Assembly (NCBI RefSeq): GCF_947855115.1
Contig: NZ_CANTZW010000017.1
Coordinates: 13,355 to 77,354, forward strand
Length of the DNA stretch: 64,000 bases
Source: an uncultured Parabacteroides sp.
GTDB taxonomy: Bacteria; Bacteroidota; Bacteroidia; Bacteroidales; Tannerellaceae
Reading direction: 5' to 3'
Below, in pieces: positions 1-7,743 of the stretch. The notes below the pieces were generated by a model, which saw nothing but the letters and a program-made list of their open reading frames with translations, ran no database searches and had not been told where the DNA came from. The position numbers were made by a program, and so were the translations under genes. Positions within the stretch are counted from its first letter, which is position 1. Each line of letters starts with the position of its first letter.

Positions 1-516
1 GTCCGGAGAGCAACGATCGTATCGTTTATCACGTTAATGGTTTTTACTTTTTCCGGGCAGTTCCTGTTCAAGTTCTTTGGTATTTCCTCGAACGGCTTTC
101 GTATAGCCGGCGGCTTTATTATTTTCAAGATCGGGTTTGATATGCTTCAAGCCCGTTATTCCAATGCGAAGTTGAAAGAGGAGGAAGTGAAAACTTATGC
201 CGACGATATTTCTATAACTCCTTTGGCGATCCCGATGCTGTGTGGCCCGGGAGCGATCGCCAATGCCATCATGCTTATGGACGATGCCTCGACACTACCC
301 TTGAAAGGTACGTTGATCGGGATAATCGCTTTCGTTTATTTTATCACGTTCTTGATCTTGCGAGCTTCTACCCGTCTGGTGCGGTTATTGGGAGAGACGG
401 GGAATAACGTGATGATGCGTTTGATGGGGTTGATCCTGATGGTTATTGCCGTGGAATGTTTTGTGAGTGGATTGAAACCTATCTTGATCGATATATTGCG
501 TGAGGCGATAGGTTAA
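1..516 (+). CDS. MarC family integral membrane protein, 5' end outside the window
   Basis: Frame is open from base 1; MarC-like motifs GFRIAGGFIIFKIGFDML, ITPLAIPMLCGPGAI, RLMGLILMVIAVE. Confidence 0.88.
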   Translation, partial: VRRATIVSFITLMVFTFSGQFLFKFFGISSNGFRIAGGFIIFKIGFDMLQARYSNAKLKEEEVKTYADDISITPLAIPMLCGPGAIANAIMLMDDASTLPLKGTLIGIIAFVYFITFLILRASTRLVRLLGETGNNVMMRLMGLILMVIAVECFVSGLKPILIDILREAIG

Positions 517-546
517 GCCGGCTACATAATTCATTTATTATTATTT

Positions 547-590
547 ATCCCCTTTATCTTGCGTCAAATTTGAGGCTGGGTAAAGGGGAT
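547..590 (+). terminator. Likely intrinsic terminator after MarC
   Basis: Stem ATCCCCTTTATC/GGTAAAGGGGAT (one G-U) followed by ATTTTATT. Confidence 0.6.
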
Positions 591-689
591 ATTTTATTGT
601 GAGGCAACTTTTTGGGAAAGTTTTGTGTTTAAATGCCATCTAACTATTGACATTCAAGGTTGATTGGTATAAAATTAGCTTAAAAAAGT

Positions 690-1910
690 ATGGCTACAAT
701 AAAAGTAAAGTTCCGTCCATCGACAGTGAGAGGTAAGGCTGGAGTCGTTTGTTATCAACTTTGTCACAGACAAGAGAATAGACAAATTACTACCGATATG
801 CGGATATTTCCTCATTGGTGGGATGGGGAACGACGGGAATTGGTCGTTACGCCTGGTAATGAAAGTACGATTTTCTCTTACCGGAAACGGATAGATGCGG
901 ATTTAGCTGCGGTTCGGCAAATTATTAGGGAATTAGATAGTATAGGGAACGAATACACCTTGTCTGAAGTTATCGAGAGGTTTCAGGCTCCCAAAAGCGA
1001 AATTGGAATGTTGGACTATCTGAGAAAAGAGATAGGCATCCTTCGTCAGAATGGCCAATTCAGTACCTCACGGAATTATTTGCGTACATTGAATAGCTTT
1101 TCCTCTTTTTTAGATAATTATGATATCCCTCTTTCTGTGTTAGATACTGAGACGATCTGTAAGTATGAGAAATGGTTATGGGGAAGAAAAGTAAGCCGGA
1201 ACAGTAGTTCGTTTTATATGAGAATTCTGCGTGCCGCCTATAATAAGGCAGTACACGAACAGCTTGTGGCGCAAGCCTTTCCCTTTCATGAAGTATATAC
1301 CGGAATCGCCAAGACTTCTAAGCGGGCTGTTAGTGAAAAGACTATTTTGAAATTACAGAGGCTTGATCTGTCTCGTTCATCAGCTCTAGCACTCTCTCGT
1401 GATCTGTTCGTGTTCAGTTATTGTACTCGTGGTATGGCATTTGTGGATATGGCTTATCTGAAAAAAGAAAATATAGGTAAGGGGGTGATTTCCTATTGCC
1501 GTCATAAGACCGGCCAAAGCTTGACATTACGTATTGAGCCTTGCATGGAGGCGATTTTGAGACGGTATATACCAGTCACCTCCAAGTCTCCTTATGTCTT
1601 TCCTATCATTACCGCTGAAAATCCGGATCGGGCTTATCTGCAATACCAAACAGGATTGAACTACCATAATCAGAAACTCAAGCGATTGGGCAGATTGATT
1701 GGCGAGGCGTTACCTCTATCCTCATATACTCCCCGCCATAGTTGGGCTACCGCCGCACGTAATCATAATATCCCTGTTGCGGTCATCAGCGCAGGAATGG
1801 GACATACATCTGAGAAAACTACTCTTATTTATCTGGATTCTTTGGATAATTCCGTGATAGACAATGCGAATAATGGAATTTTAAAGGATTTGAACTCTAC
1901 TGTCTCTTGA
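690..1910 (+). CDS. Tyrosine recombinase/integrase, Bacteroidales type (arm-binding, SAM-like and catalytic domains)
   Basis: 406 aa; YKWLWGRKVSRNSSSFYMRILRAAYN core-binding region, SRDLFVFSYCTRGMAFVD, RHKTGQ, YTPRHSWAT, MGHTSEKTTLIY with terminal Tyr. Confidence 0.93.
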   Translation: MATIKVKFRPSTVRGKAGVVCYQLCHRQENRQITTDMRIFPHWWDGERRELVVTPGNESTIFSYRKRIDADLAAVRQIIRELDSIGNEYTLSEVIERFQAPKSEIGMLDYLRKEIGILRQNGQFSTSRNYLRTLNSFSSFLDNYDIPLSVLDTETICKYEKWLWGRKVSRNSSSFYMRILRAAYNKAVHEQLVAQAFPFHEVYTGIAKTSKRAVSEKTILKLQRLDLSRSSALALSRDLFVFSYCTRGMAFVDMAYLKKENIGKGVISYCRHKTGQSLTLRIEPCMEAILRRYIPVTSKSPYVFPIITAENPDRAYLQYQTGLNYHNQKLKRLGRLIGEALPLSSYTPRHSWATAARNHNIPVAVISAGMGHTSEKTTLIYLDSLDNSVIDNANNGILKDLNSTVS

Positions 1911-2027
1911 GATGATTACCGTGGCTATTTGAATAATGAGCGCAATATCTGTGTTCTAAAATCGAGTAATCCATATCATTTCATGACTATTCATATATCC
2001 CGCTTGGCGGGAAGATTCTGTACACAT

Positions 2028-2110
2028 AAAATATGTACGTGTTTTCAAGAATTCTCGTACATGTTTCCGAAAAAACATGTACATGTTTTCCCGAAAACAT
2101 TGTATGCTTT
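2028..2110. repeat. Degenerate 22-bp-period tandem array of palindromic units
   Basis: GTAC cores at 2035, 2057, 2079 and a degenerate one near 2102; perfect 18-bp palindrome AAAACATGTACATGTTTT at 2072-2089. Confidence 0.75.
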
Positions 2111-2178
2111 TTATTGTATTGATTATGAGAATATTACGAGATGCCCTATTTTTAGTACTTACTGTATTCTTGGTTTCT

Positions 2179-3204
2179 TTATCGCCTATCCTTTATTGCC
2201 TTGAATGTTTTTTCCCCTTTTAGATAAAATGCCAGGATTAAGCTATCTCGTTTCAGTTCCGGAATAGTATTAAGTGTCCTTTTCTCTTGGTTCTCTTTGC
2301 GTTTAGGCGCATATTCAGGTTTGAGTTGGTGATAAGCTTTCCTTGCCTTATAAACAGCCTTCGCGTTAGCGAAATGTCCGGTTAGCAGGAACTTTATAGC
2401 AGCTATATAGTCCAGCCAGAAGCGGATACGCATCACATGCCTTAAGTCTTCTTCTCGGGAATTCTTATAAAGCATCAATAAACTATTCCGGAAATTCAAG
2501 AAGGTCTTACGTGGACTTTCCGCGTTCAAGGTAGCCCCACCCACGTGGTAGACGATGGATTGTGGGACACATACCAACCGATATCCCCGGGAACGCAAAC
2601 GCCAACACATATCGACTTCTTCTTGATGAGCGAAGAATCCGGCATCCAATCCTCCCACTTCCTTGTAAATGGCTGTACGAACGAACAAGCAAGCTCCTGT
2701 CGCCCATAGGATATCTGCGGGAGTATCGTATTGTCCTTCATCTTTCTCAACGATATGTAAGATCCTTCCCCGGCAGAATGGATAGCCATATTTATCAATG
2801 TATCCTCCGGCCGCTCCCGCATATTCGAAGTATTCCTTATTTCGTTGAGCCCGTATTTTGGGTTGGACACATGCGATGCTGGGATCGGAATCAAGAGTTG
2901 CTATCGGAGCGTTCAGCCAATTTGGAGTCACCTCTACATCGCTGTTCAGCAAAACACAATACTCGTGATCAAGCCTGTTGAGCGCTTGATTATACCCTTC
3001 GGCAAAGCCGTAATTCTGGTCGAAGGAAATAACGCTAACGGCCGGGAATTTTTCCTTTAGCATCTTAATCGAGTCGTCGGTGGAACCATTATCAGCTACG
3101 ATAACTTCTGCCCATGCCGGGGTATTGGTTACGACTGAAGGAAGGAATTCCTCCATCAATTTTCGTCCGTTCCAGTTTAAGATGACAATCGCTACCTTTT
3201 TCAT
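2179..3204 (-). CDS. Glycosyltransferase family 2
   Basis: AIVILNWNG, ADNGSTD, NYGFAEGYN, LLNSDVEV, ATGACL, EEVDMCWR. Confidence 0.93.
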   Translation of the reverse strand: MKKVAIVILNWNGRKLMEEFLPSVVTNTPAWAEVIVADNGSTDDSIKMLKEKFPAVSVISFDQNYGFAEGYNQALNRLDHEYCVLLNSDVEVTPNWLNAPIATLDSDPSIACVQPKIRAQRNKEYFEYAGAAGGYIDKYGYPFCRGRILHIVEKDEGQYDTPADILWATGACLFVRTAIYKEVGGLDAGFFAHQEEVDMCWRLRSRGYRLVCVPQSIVYHVGGATLNAESPRKTFLNFRNSLLMLYKNSREEDLRHVMRIRFWLDYIAAIKFLLTGHFANAKAVYKARKAYHQLKPEYAPKRKENQEKRTLNTIPELKRDSLILAFYLKGEKTFKAIKDRR

Positions 3205-4091
3205 CCTTGTTGTTCGTGTTTATGTTTCCAACGTTTATGGGTCCATAACCAGTAGGCCGGATCACGTAAGATCATTTTCTCTAAAAGCCGTGCGTATCGC
3301 TCGGTGATATAATTCTCAGGCGTTTCTTTCGGTGCCTCTGTAATGAGTTTCATATCTACCGTATAATAACCTCTTTTTACCTTTTGTGTATCAAGGAAGA
3401 TGACAGGTAGGTTCAGCTTACGTGCAATACGCTCCGGACCGGTTAATATAGCCGTATCTTGATGAAGGAACTCGGTCCAATAATGCAGGTTCGCCTTACT
3501 CGGGGTCTGGTCTGCCAGAAAGATTACGACAGACCGGGTCTTGTCTTGTTTTAACTTGATAATATCTCGTATCGTGTCGTTTTTCTTGATACCGTAAGAG
3601 CCGAACTGTGTCCTGAGATTTGCGAATAATTTATCAAAGGCTTTGTTTTTTAGCGGACGGTATATCTGATAAATCCGCGAGTCCTCGAAACGGCTGGTCG
3701 ATCCTGAAAACCATTCCCAGTTACCGTAATGCCCCATCGTAAGGATGAAGCAAGTGTGCCCTTTTTCCATAAGCCGGTCTACTAATTCCGGGTTCTTCAG
3801 GTAAGCGCGCTGTTGTATCTCGTCTAGGGATATATGGGCCAGTTTGATCGTTTCCACGATATAATCGGCGAAATGATGATAGAACCGATGTTCCAACCTT
3901 CGCAATTCAGCCTTAGATTTATCAGGAAAGGAGGAGGTTATATTACGACGAACTACCTTTACCCGATATCTTGCTATTTTATAGATGAGGACATATAGAA
4001 TGTCTGATAACACGTATAAAACCCGCATGGGAAGTAAAGCGTGTATTTTTACCCAGTTGTAAAGAACGGCATATTGTATTTTATCCCACAT
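3201..4091 (-). CDS. Lipid A lauroyl/myristoyl acyltransferase family (LpxL/HtrB-like)
   Basis: MGHYGNWE catalytic-type motif, FLADQTP, YWLWTHKRWK C-terminal motif; 4-bp overlap with GT2. Confidence 0.85.
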   Translation of the reverse strand: MWDKIQYAVLYNWVKIHALLPMRVLYVLSDILYVLIYKIARYRVKVVRRNITSSFPDKSKAELRRLEHRFYHHFADYIVETIKLAHISLDEIQQRAYLKNPELVDRLMEKGHTCFILTMGHYGNWEWFSGSTSRFEDSRIYQIYRPLKNKAFDKLFANLRTQFGSYGIKKNDTIRDIIKLKQDKTRSVVIFLADQTPSKANLHYWTEFLHQDTAILTGPERIARKLNLPVIFLDTQKVKRGYYTVDMKLITEAPKETPENYITERYARLLEKMILRDPAYWLWTHKRWKHKHEQQG

Positions 4092-5427
4092 GATCGTTTA
4101 TGGTTGATAGTTGACAATCGATAGTAAGGGCGGTATGATCCTCATTCCAGTCTCCTAGTATGACTTCGCAGGTCTGGTTGACCAAGGTCGCGTCATAAGG
4201 AATCTCCACCTTGATGTAATTTTCGGTGAAACCGTGCATCTTACCATCTTTCTTGGTTTGTTCGAATAATACATTCGCTTCTTTTCCGCAATGAGCCTCG
4301 TAAAAGGCATGCAGTTTCTGGTCCGAGATATCCAGCAGTTGTTGACTGCGCGCGTGTTTGGTTTTCGGATCTACTACATAGTCGATCTTCAACGCTTGGG
4401 TGCCCGGGCGTTCGGAGTAACTGAATACGTGTAATTGACTTATATCTAGGCTCTCGATGAATTGGCGTGCCTCTTCAAAATACTCGTCGGTCTCGCCGCG
4501 GGTTCCTACGATTACGTCTACCCCGATAAATGCGTGCGGCATTATTTCCTTGATCTTTTCGATCTTATGGCGAAAGAGAGAGGTGTCGTAACGGCGGCGC
4601 ATTAGTTTCAAGACGGCATCGCTACCGCTTTGTAAGGGGATATGGAAATGAGGGGCGAAACGTTTACTATGGGCCACGAAATCTATGGCTTCGTCGGTAA
4701 TCAAATTCGGTTCGATAGAAGAGATTCGATAACGTACGATTCCTTCTACCTCATCCAAGGCCCGGATTAAGTCAATAAAGGTCTCGTTGGTACTTTTACC
4801 GAAGTCTCCGATGTTCACGCCTGTCAATACAATCTCTTTACCTCCTTTACTCGCTACTTCTTGAGCTTGTTCTACCATACTGGCGATCGTACCGTTCCGG
4901 CTTCTTCCGCGGGCGAAAGGAATGGTACAATAAGAACAATAATAATCGCATCCATCTTGTACTTTCAAAAAATGACGCGTACGGTCATCGGCCGAGCAAG
5001 AAGGAGAAAAGGAACGTATATCCTTACTGTGTGAGGCGATAACCGCTCCTCCGTTTTCTTTTTTCTCCAGATTCTCCAGGTATTGAAGGATTTGTAGTTT
5101 CTGTTCGGCGCCAAGGACTAGGTCGACACCTTCTATATGGGAGACTTCCTCCGGCTTCAACTGTGCGTAGCATCCGGTCACCACGATAAAAGCACCGGGG
5201 TGTTGCTTACCGATCCGGCGAATCGCTTGCCTGCATTTCTTGTCGGCTAATTCCGTTACAGAGCAGGTATTTACCACGCATATATCTGCTTTTTCACCGG
5301 GCCGTACCTTACGGATACCTCGTTCGGCTAATAGTTTTCCGATGGTGGAGGTCTCCGCGAAATTAAGTTTGCAACCCAAGGTGTAATAAGCGGCCTTTTT
5401 ATTGTTAAATACGGTCTGATCTATCAT
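4081..5427 (-). CDS. mtaB: tRNA t6A37 methylthiotransferase (radical SAM)
   Basis: TLGCKLNFAET, VNTCSVT, QDGCDYYCSYC (CxxxCxxC), HIPLQSGSD, FSYSERPGT. Confidence 0.9.
   Translation of the reverse strand: MIDQTVFNNKKAAYYTLGCKLNFAETSTIGKLLAERGIRKVRPGEKADICVVNTCSVTELADKKCRQAIRRIGKQHPGAFIVVTGCYAQLKPEEVSHIEGVDLVLGAEQKLQILQYLENLEKKENGGAVIASHSKDIRSFSPSCSADDRTRHFLKVQDGCDYYCSYCTIPFARGRSRNGTIASMVEQAQEVASKGGKEIVLTGVNIGDFGKSTNETFIDLIRALDEVEGIVRYRISSIEPNLITDEAIDFVAHSKRFAPHFHIPLQSGSDAVLKLMRRRYDTSLFRHKIEKIKEIMPHAFIGVDVIVGTRGETDEYFEEARQFIESLDISQLHVFSYSERPGTQALKIDYVVDPKTKHARSQQLLDISDQKLHAFYEAHCGKEANVLFEQTKKDGKMHGFTENYIKVEIPYDATLVNQTCEVILGDWNEDHTALTIDCQLSTINDHVG
4103..4124. repeat. Heptamer array (TTGATAG-TTGACAA-TCGATAG)
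   Basis: Three degenerate 7-mers inside the mtaB 3' end, ending 11 nt before the acyltransferase ATG. Confidence 0.55.
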
Positions 5428-5446
5428 TTTCGATTTTGTTAGGACG

Positions 5447-5454
5447 CAAAGGTA
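5447..5454 (-). promoter_or_regulatory. Bacteroidetes -7 promoter box for mtaB operon
   Basis: TACCTTTG on minus strand matches TAnnTTTG, 19 nt upstream of ATG. Confidence 0.6.
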
Positions 5455-5616
5455 CTAATTCCGGTTGAAGCGACGATTACTATCTATAGGATTTTGAGTA
5501 GCTGTTGATCGTATAAATGTTTGTCTTTTCATTCTTAATTGTAAATTTATTAGGGTGTATCATGGTGAAAGTAAGGATTTGTTTTTACTTTTACGCAAAT
5601 TTCACAAAAGTCTGCT

Positions 5617-7281
5617 ATGATCAAGGAGAATTTCATTAAGATTTACGAGGAGAGTTTCAAGGAAAACTGGGCCTTGCCCGCATTAACGGATTATGGGAAA
5701 AGTAAAACCTTTACATTCGGAGATGTAGCGACGGAGATCGCGCGTATTCATCTATTATTTCATGAGTGCCAGATTCGTCGTGGCGATAAGATCGCGTTGA
5801 TCGGTAAGGATTGCTCTCGCTGGTGTATCGCTTATATGGCGGCTATAACTTATGGGGCGATTATCGTGCCTATTCTCCAAGACTTTAGCCCGAATGATGT
5901 ACATCATATCATAAATCACTCGGAATCAGTCTTTTTGTTTGTTAGCGACCGTATTTGGGATTCTTTGGAGGAAGATAAGATAGAGGAAGTACGCGGTGTG
6001 TTTTCTCTTTCCGATTATCGTTGTTTGCATCAACGGGATGGAGAGAATATCCAGAAACTGATGAAATCGCTGGATGAGAAGATGGTCGAGAAGTATCCGG
6101 ATGGTTTCACCAAGGAGGATATCAAGTATGCGGAGTTGGATAATGACAAGGTGGTAGAGATCAACTATACGTCGGGTACGACCGGGTTTAGCAAGGGAGT
6201 TATGTTGACTGGTAATAATTTGGCCGGAAACGTGACTTATGCCCGGACGCTGGATTTATTGTTCCGGGGCGAACGGGAACTATGTTTCTTGCCCTTGGCC
6301 CACGCTTATAGTTGCGCTTTCAATTTATTGGTTCCTATGGCATTTGGCGTACATGTCTATTTATTAGGGAAGGTGCCGTCTCCTAAAATCTTATTGAAGG
6401 CTTTCGAGGAGGTGAAACCGAACTTAATCTTGATGGTTCCCCTGATTTTGGAGAAAATCTATAAGAAAATGATCCTTCCTCAGTTGAATAAACGTACCTT
6501 GAGGTTGGCCTTGAATATTCCGTTGTTGGATACTCGTATTTATGCCCAGATCCGCAAGCATCTGGTAGATGCTTTGGGAGGACGTTTCCGTGAAGTGATC
6601 GTGGGAGGTGCCGCCATGAATCAAGAAGTAACGGATTTCTTGTATAAGATCAAATTCCCGTTCACGATCGGTTATGGCATGACGGAATGCGGCCCGTTAA
6701 TCAGTTATGATCATAACGATGAATATATACCCGGTTCTTGCGGCCAGGTCTTGAAAGGTATCATGAAGGTTCGTATAGATTCGGATGATCCTTATAATAA
6801 GGTAGGGGAGATTCAAGTATCGGGTGAGAACGTGATGAAAGGATATTATAAGAATGAGGAGGCAACCCGGAATATATTCACGGAAGACGGCTGGTTAAAA
6901 ACGGGCGATTTGGGTACGATCGATCACGATAACCGTATCTTTATCCGAGGACGTAGCAAGACGATGATCTTAGGCCCTAGCGGACAAAATATATATCCGG
7001 AAGAAATAGAGTCTAAGCTTAATAACTTGCCTTTCGTTATGGAAAGCCTTGTAGTTGAGAGAGGTGGGAAATTGATCGGTATGGTTTATCCGGATTACGA
7101 TACGGTAGATAGTACCGGTATCTCACATACGGATCTCCCTGTTATCATGGAGCAAAACAGGGTTGAATTGAATAAGCTTCTGGCACCGTATGAAGCGGTC
7201 TCCGAGATACAGTTGTATCCGACGGAATTCGAGAAAACACCGAAGAAAAGTATTAAACGTTACCTGTACAGTAATTATTAA
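5617..7281 (+). CDS. Long-chain fatty acid-CoA ligase (AMP-binding family)
   Basis: YTSGTTGFSKG, GYGMTE, WLKTGDLG, GQNIYPEEIE. Confidence 0.92.
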   Translation: MIKENFIKIYEESFKENWALPALTDYGKSKTFTFGDVATEIARIHLLFHECQIRRGDKIALIGKDCSRWCIAYMAAITYGAIIVPILQDFSPNDVHHIINHSESVFLFVSDRIWDSLEEDKIEEVRGVFSLSDYRCLHQRDGENIQKLMKSLDEKMVEKYPDGFTKEDIKYAELDNDKVVEINYTSGTTGFSKGVMLTGNNLAGNVTYARTLDLLFRGERELCFLPLAHAYSCAFNLLVPMAFGVHVYLLGKVPSPKILLKAFEEVKPNLILMVPLILEKIYKKMILPQLNKRTLRLALNIPLLDTRIYAQIRKHLVDALGGRFREVIVGGAAMNQEVTDFLYKIKFPFTIGYGMTECGPLISYDHNDEYIPGSCGQVLKGIMKVRIDSDDPYNKVGEIQVSGENVMKGYYKNEEATRNIFTEDGWLKTGDLGTIDHDNRIFIRGRSKTMILGPSGQNIYPEEIESKLNNLPFVMESLVVERGGKLIGMVYPDYDTVDSTGISHTDLPVIMEQNRVELNKLLAPYEAVSEIQLYPTEFEKTPKKSIKRYLYSNY

Positions 7282-7360
7282 TAAATTAAGTAAAGAGCGA
7301 ATGCGATTAATAATCAGCCCGTTGTAAAGGATGCCGAAAATAAATTTAAAAAAAATGTCT

Positions 7361-7397
7361 TATGTTGTACAACATATATAATTAATACATACATTTG
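7361..7397 (+). promoter_or_regulatory. Perfect 16-bp palindrome plus -7 promoter box upstream of small lipoprotein
   Basis: TATGTTGTACAACATA at 7361-7376; TACATTTG at 7390-7397. Confidence 0.55.
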
Positions 7398-7447
7398 CAT
7401 CGTTTTACAACAACAAGATATTATAGACCGTTTAATTTAAGGACAAA

Positions 7448-7663
7448 ATGAAAAAGTTAGTTGCATTTGCTGCTGTTATCGCAGCTGTTTCATTCGCATC
7501 TTGTGGTAACAAGTCTGCGGAATCTACTGAATCTGTCGCAGAAGCAGAAGGGGCTGCTGTAGTTGAGAGTGCTCCTGTGGTAGAAGAGGATGCCGCCGCT
7601 ACTGATTCTGTAGCCGTTGAGAGTGTAGACTCTGTTGCCGTAGAAGCTGCTCCTGCTGAGTGA
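7448..7663 (+). CDS. Small acidic Ala/Glu/Val-rich lipoprotein
   Basis: Signal peptide II with FASC lipobox; low-complexity tail with two DSVAVE repeats; own promoter and terminator. Confidence 0.85.
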   Translation: MKKLVAFAAVIAAVSFASCGNKSAESTESVAEAEGAAVVESAPVVEEDAAATDSVAVESVDSVAVEAAPAE

Positions 7664-7688
7664 TAATCAGTAAACGAGTTTTGAGGAC

Positions 7689-7720
7689 AGTCTGTATGCG
7701 TTGAACATACAGACTTTTTT
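7689..7720 (+). terminator. Intrinsic terminator
   Basis: Perfect 10-bp stem AGTCTGTATG/CATACAGACT followed by T run. Confidence 0.85.
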
Positions 7721-7743
7721 GTTTATAAACCATAGATAATGAT

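Noticed and set aside
647-675. TTGACA-17-TAAAAT sigma70-like promoter before the integrase
   Set aside because: Bacteroidetes primary sigma recognises TAnnTTTG/TTTG; match in AT-rich DNA may be chance
2028-2110. Repeat array as a mini-CRISPR
   Set aside because: Units are contiguous at 22-bp period with no unique spacers and no cas genes
1929-2204. 91-aa ORF after the integrase
   Set aside because: Runs through the palindromic repeat array, overlaps the GT2 3' end on the opposite strand, and has no protein-like features
7321-7411. GTTGTAAA/TTTACAAC inverted repeat around the lipoprotein promoter as an invertible switch
   Set aside because: Only 8 perfect bp, does not extend outward, and no adjacent invertase
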